From contig NW_002060945.1 of NCBI RefSeq assembly GCF_000150275.1, forward strand, positions 4,451,397 to 4,515,396: a DNA stretch of 64,000 nucleotides, in the 5' to 3' direction. This DNA is from Trichoplax adhaerens (Eukaryota; Animalia; Placozoa). The translations under genes were made by a program, and so were the position numbers. The notes under the pieces are model-generated. The model was not told where the DNA came from. It did not search any database and was given only the letters and a program-made list of their open reading frames with translations. Below, piece by piece: positions 58,901 to 64,000 of the stretch. Numbering within the stretch: the first letter of the stretch is position 1; each line of letters starts with the position of its first letter.

Positions 58901-61900
58901 AGTTAACATATTGTACTCAATAAATATAGCAAAATAATCACCTTAGATACAATCACTCTTTCTTTTATCGAATATGTCTACATTCCAACGATATCCATCT
59001 TTATTAATACAGGCCTGAAGCTGCTTTGGAAGTTTTCAAGATGAAACGATTCCATAATAAAAATGGTGGTGTAACTCAGCCGTCCCAAATTAGGTAAAAT
59101 TTTTTCTATCTTTGGCGGTAAAGCAACTTTCAATAATGCATCCGGATTTATTGCCAAATATTTCTTTACATTAAAACTGTTAATTGTAATCTTTTCTCTT
59201 GCTTTATTCAAGATATGTTGGCTACTTTCATGATTTTATTTCTGGAAAAATGAACCTGCATAAAAGGTAAGTAAAAGCAAATTAAATCAAATGATACCAT
59301 GGCTAACTAGCCTTGCTTAAAGAGAAACATTTTTGATTAGCTTTGAAAGTTTTTGTATAGCTTTTAGTATTGCGATGTTTTGTAAATTACAATTATCTCG
59401 CAGTATTAGGGTATCTTGCTGACTACTGTTGATGAGATACTATATAATCATACATTTTTATTGTTATGGCAGCCCTGTCTATTTGCGACAAGTAGTTATC
59501 CATGGTGTGCCAAATTACGAACATAAAGGTAGTAAACTTAATCAATAATTCATAAACTTACAGCTGGCAATTTTAATTCTTAACAATACTTACTCTAATA
59601 TAGGCTGTCGCCCTTATGTTACTATCATGGACAACCATTCCGAACACCCGTACGAGACTGAAACTCAGTAAGGAAGATAATATTCTATATTCATAATTGC
59701 CACTGGTTTACTAACGACAATTTGGAATAAGTGACTTAGAACTTTAAGGCTGTGAATACTGCATTTCTTTAATAGGATTATTACAGAAAGGGATACGACA
59801 ATTCGTTTTAACTTTCCTCATAATTTTAAACTGTTCGGTGATGTTATTGTAAGTGCTAGCATTGATTTAGTTCGCGCTACTGAGTACCGTATTAGTGGCC
59901 AGTTTAGACATAAGTACAAAGTATATAAAGTGGTTGTATTCTAATTTCTCGTTAATATGATTTCTTGGAATAACAGGTCCGCTGTTATCATCGAAAATCA
60001 CGTGCAAGTCCAGAAATAATTTTTAGATGTCAATTCCACACTGCAATGCTTTCAAAATTTCCATTGGTGTTAGGAAAGCATGAATTAGACGATGCGCGCA
60101 AAGACAAAAGATTTGCCAGTAACATAAAAGTTGAATTTAATCTAGTCCCGTCAGATATCTCTGAAACTGGTGCTGAAATTTTTTACTTTTGGGAACGCCA
60201 TTGCGTACCTAATCATGATCTATAACTTTTCTGCTTGCAAAATTCTTTACTATTTACGTATGGCTATTTTATAATAATTAACAATAGATGCACCCAATGA
60301 TGACAGCAATAAAAGAAATTCGTTATTATATTCTCTCGGAATCTCTCACGAAGAAGGTACAGGTAAGCATAATAAAAATACAGTATATTTAAATATTAGA
60401 ATATATTACACCTATGAAATGTGTTACTGAATTACACGTACGTTTGTTATTTCTGCTACGGTTTTTTGACTATAATATAAGATATCGACCAAAATTCGAA
60501 ATCAGCTAATAGTGAAGGTAAGTTATTGCCATATTAGTTTTTACAATATAGGTACGGATTTATTATTATTAAGGTTCTGCTTAAATTTTCAGAAAATACC
60601 AACAGTGAAATTGCAATAAAGAATGAAATTGAGCGCTTAATCTCGTTCGAAGAGCCAAATATCGATTCGTTTTCAGAAACTGTTAGTCTTCAGAATAAAA
60701 TCCAGAATAGTGGATCGTTACAATACTAACTAGATATACGAAGGATCTCACTACGGCTTACATTACCCTTAATAGCAGTGCAATATTTATAACCAGTTCC
60801 ATAGCTTAAGTATTGAAAATGACCACGCAATCATGTTAAACTTGTCAATTATGCATGCAGGTTTAACAACTTAAATAAGATGATACTTTTGTCATGAAGA
60901 AAAAGGGATTTATTGTATAGACTTTACCCTAAATTTATCAAAAATATCAGCTGCCTTATATTCGTTACAATTTTCTGCAATAGTTGATATTCTTTATAGA
61001 CAACTATTGATTTTAATTCGTATGGTAATCAAGTTCATATTAGACTAGTAATACGCATTATGTAACCTCTAAAATGTTGTTTTAAATGTTTGCAATTCTA
61101 GAGCGATGCTCACGTAGCTGCTGTTTTGCAATCGTGTTCAAGCGAGCCTTTGAAACCATCTCGGACTTCGATTAGCAATGACAATAATAACACTATTTCT
61201 GCGTCTACACATGTAAAAGATGTGAATTCAGATAATAGGTTATTTAATCATCGCCAATTCCAGTCTAATCTTTTGAACGAAACTGGATTGTCCATGATAT
61301 CTGGATCGGTTACCAAACGAAATATTAACCCATTTCGCCGCAATTATGATAAAATAGAAGACACAGGCACACTCGATAGCACTAAGCCATTTTATTTTCC
61401 AGATGGCTTTTCCGCAGCCACGACGACGTACAACCCAAATAATCCTTTTCTGGTTGATGAAAGTGCTGACCAAAGTACTAGAAGTTCATCAAGTAGTTTT
61501 TCGCACGGACAACATTCACAATCAGATGCGATTTCAAGCGATGGCTACGATCACTTATACTCACTGCCAATTTGGAACTCTCCATATAGCCCGATAGCTC
61601 AAATAAATAGCAGCGATTCGAAAAGGTTAGTTAGAAAAGTTTTAATTTTAGTTCTTAATAATCTGGCCATCCTTTACGTCCAATTTTATCTTTGTATCAA
61701 ATAGACACAGTGGTAGCTTTGTTTGTGGAGAGAACAGTTCAAATTGGAGCAATTCGCTATCAGAACCTGTTACTGAACTAGATAGATCTCTTTCCAATAA
61801 TGATTTGGTGCGTTCTAAATCGGGTGATATAAATTATAACATCAGTGATGGAGTTGATAACTCCTATGGTAGTGAGCAATACAAGTTGGAGAAAATGATG

Positions 61901-63977
61901 ACAGACGATAATAATAATAAAAAGGCATCAACAAAGAATGACAACCAACTAACCGAAGATCGGTCAATAAGATCGTCCGATAGATTTGATTATGAAATGA
62001 AAAATGATGTGCACAATAATAAGAATCAACTGAATACTTCGCAATTAAATGAACGAGATCATCGTGAAAATTCTTCACATAGTATGAATAATTTGCTAAG
62101 AGAACTCAATGTAGAATTTGTAGATCTTCCTAGGATAGAACAAGAAAATAATCGATCCAGATCTAGAGGTAAGTTTTCTAGCAGATTTCATTTGTTCTTA
62201 ATCATTTCCTGAAACCACTATGCCAGGAATATTTTAAATGTTATTTCTGCTATTGCAGCAATTTCGTTACCAATTGTTTGGAGTCAGAAATCTAAAACTG
62301 ATAATATACTGGATACACAAGATATGTCGATGCTCGTGAAAAATGCGTTGAACTGGTACAAACCAACGTTGAGCCAAAAAGAGGGTAGGAATGTTAATGA
62401 GCTCTTTTCCAGTTCACTTATGCAATTTAGTACTTATATGGATCGCTTAGCAATTAACCTTTAAAAACTTGTTTCATGATCAATTACTAACACCGGAAAA
62501 GTTGTTGTTTTCATATTTCATTTACATTCTGTATGTCTTGCCATTTTAGTCACGGATATCCTAGGTTCATCTTCGATAGGTTCGTTTGTTGTCCGTGATA
62601 GCACGAGTTTTAAGGATGCCTTTGACTTAGCGATAAAATCAGGTAATGATAAGATATATACTGTCTTTAAAGTAATTAAATCCAACAACTAGTAACTAAG
62701 TAATACACTTGTAAGGGCTCACATAAATGCACAAGTATATAATGTTTCATTTTATATGTTTCCAAATATATTACAACAGTTTTTGTATTATCTTGTTAGG
62801 TTTCAACAAAACAGAGCATTTCTTAATTGAGCCTGTGGAACTTGGTGTACAAATAAAAGGATACGACAACGAGCCTGCCTTCTGTTAGTAGTAGATAATG
62901 TCATTGAATTTCATTGTTTAATTTGAAAAGTAATAAAGAATTCATTAAATATTTATACATGAGATATATTTTGGATTTACCGTATAACTATAGGCAGCTT
63001 ATCGGCTCTCATACAGCAGCATACACTGACCAGTTTAGCTCTTCCATGCAAATTATCAAGACCTGAATCAGGTACGGAATTTAGATTAGTAATATTCGAT
63101 GACTGTAATTTGGAAACATATCATCATCTCTACGATTTAAGTTTTATTTTTAACTGTTCTACTTTGTAGCTAATAATGTGATAGAGTCGAAGTTCAAACA
63201 TTATGGAAGTCCAAGTCACATAGAGCGGACGCCTGAAAGGCTCCATCAAGGAATCGGCACGTTTACTATTTATAAATACATTAAGAATAAATCGCATAAA
63301 ATATATATTTGTGTTTCTAGTCATTTTTATTTTCTTAACTGTGCTATGTTTTTTTATACAGCATTTAATGTTATGTATCTGGGGTCAATAAATGTCGAAC
63401 GTGTAAACGATTCAGAGACTTTAAACTTGTGTATAAGCAAATTTATGTCTTATTCATCACGTGATGAACCGATTCCTGTTAGTTTTAAAGCATCACTGGA
63501 GGGCGTAACTCTGACAGACGTCAACAAAATGTAAGTAGCATAAAGTAAAACATGGCAACGATGACAGATTTCTCATTTTACAATTGCAACCGTTATGAAA
63601 TTTAGACAATTCCTTCGGTTATTCTTCCCGATACACTCAATAAGTTATTGTGCAGTTGATCCTAACGAGAAAAGGTATGAAGTAATATCGACACGAAGAT
63701 AAAATTTTGTAATTTTTTGCAACACTTATATCTTTATACATACTTGATAATTTATCATTCCTTTGAATCATGCTGTAGGCAATCTGATGTCTTAAATCAA
63801 GCGACAAATAATATAAATCCAAAAAAATTACAAGCTTCGCAGCATTTTGGATTTGTTACAAAGGATGTATCACAACTTTTTGATACTTGTTGGTTATTTA
63901 CGGATATAGATCCATCAGAATCCTCATCGACTATAGCTGAGCTTGTTAATTTCCTATTGCCTTTTCATACAAGTTGA
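55966..63977 (+). CDS. TNS: Tensin-family protein: (C2H2 finger)-PTEN-like phosphatase-C2-low complexity-SH2-PTB
   Basis: Exons 55966-56166, 57728-57780, 57947-58014, ~58217-58421, ~58546-58612, 58813-58877, ~59012-59092 and further exons to stop TGA 63975-63977. Motifs DLDLTYITDRII, FNLS, GWPDHTAPPLE, HCKGGKGRTG, PSQIRYVGYF, IFRCQFHT, WYKPTLS, GSFVVRDSTSF, HFLIE, LALPCKL, GVTLTD, ISYCAVDP, FGFV. Linkage of the first exon is inferred from phase only. Confidence 0.92.
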
Positions 63978-64000
63978 AAAATAGCGTGTATAAAATGCTT

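Overview
AT-rich, intron-rich animal genomic DNA with a compact layout and mostly short GT-AG introns. It resembles a placozoan such as Trichoplax, which is an inference from style only. Eight protein-coding genes were hand-spliced with consistent reading phases: (1) the 3' end of an ICE1-like gene (+); (2) an intronless FZD1/2/7-type Frizzled (-); (3) a PFTAIRE kinase, CDK14/15 (+); (4) a small CTD phosphatase, CTDSP/SCP (-); (5) the ESCRT-III subunit CHMP2A (-); (6) TMEM50/Vps68 (+); (7) cathepsin L (-); (8) a tensin (+). The most notable observation is the tensin. It appears to begin with an EEA1/Rabenosyn-5-type C2H2 finger, keeps an intact VSP-identical HCKGGKGRTG active site, and carries clathrin-box and NPF motifs, which suggests an endosome-targeted, catalytically active lipid-phosphatase tensin lying next to three endolysosomal genes. 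Also notable are the Frizzled-CDK14 adjacency (seen in humans as FZD1-CDK14 and FZD7-CDK15), a degenerate KTxxxW motif in Frizzled, a ~240-bp promoter-like tandem array between these two genes, strand-switching (TACAG)n arrays concentrated in gene 5' flanks, and a hidden symmetric exon in CTDSP. No rRNA, tRNA or CRISPR array was recognised. Family assignments rest on recalled motifs, not on database searches.
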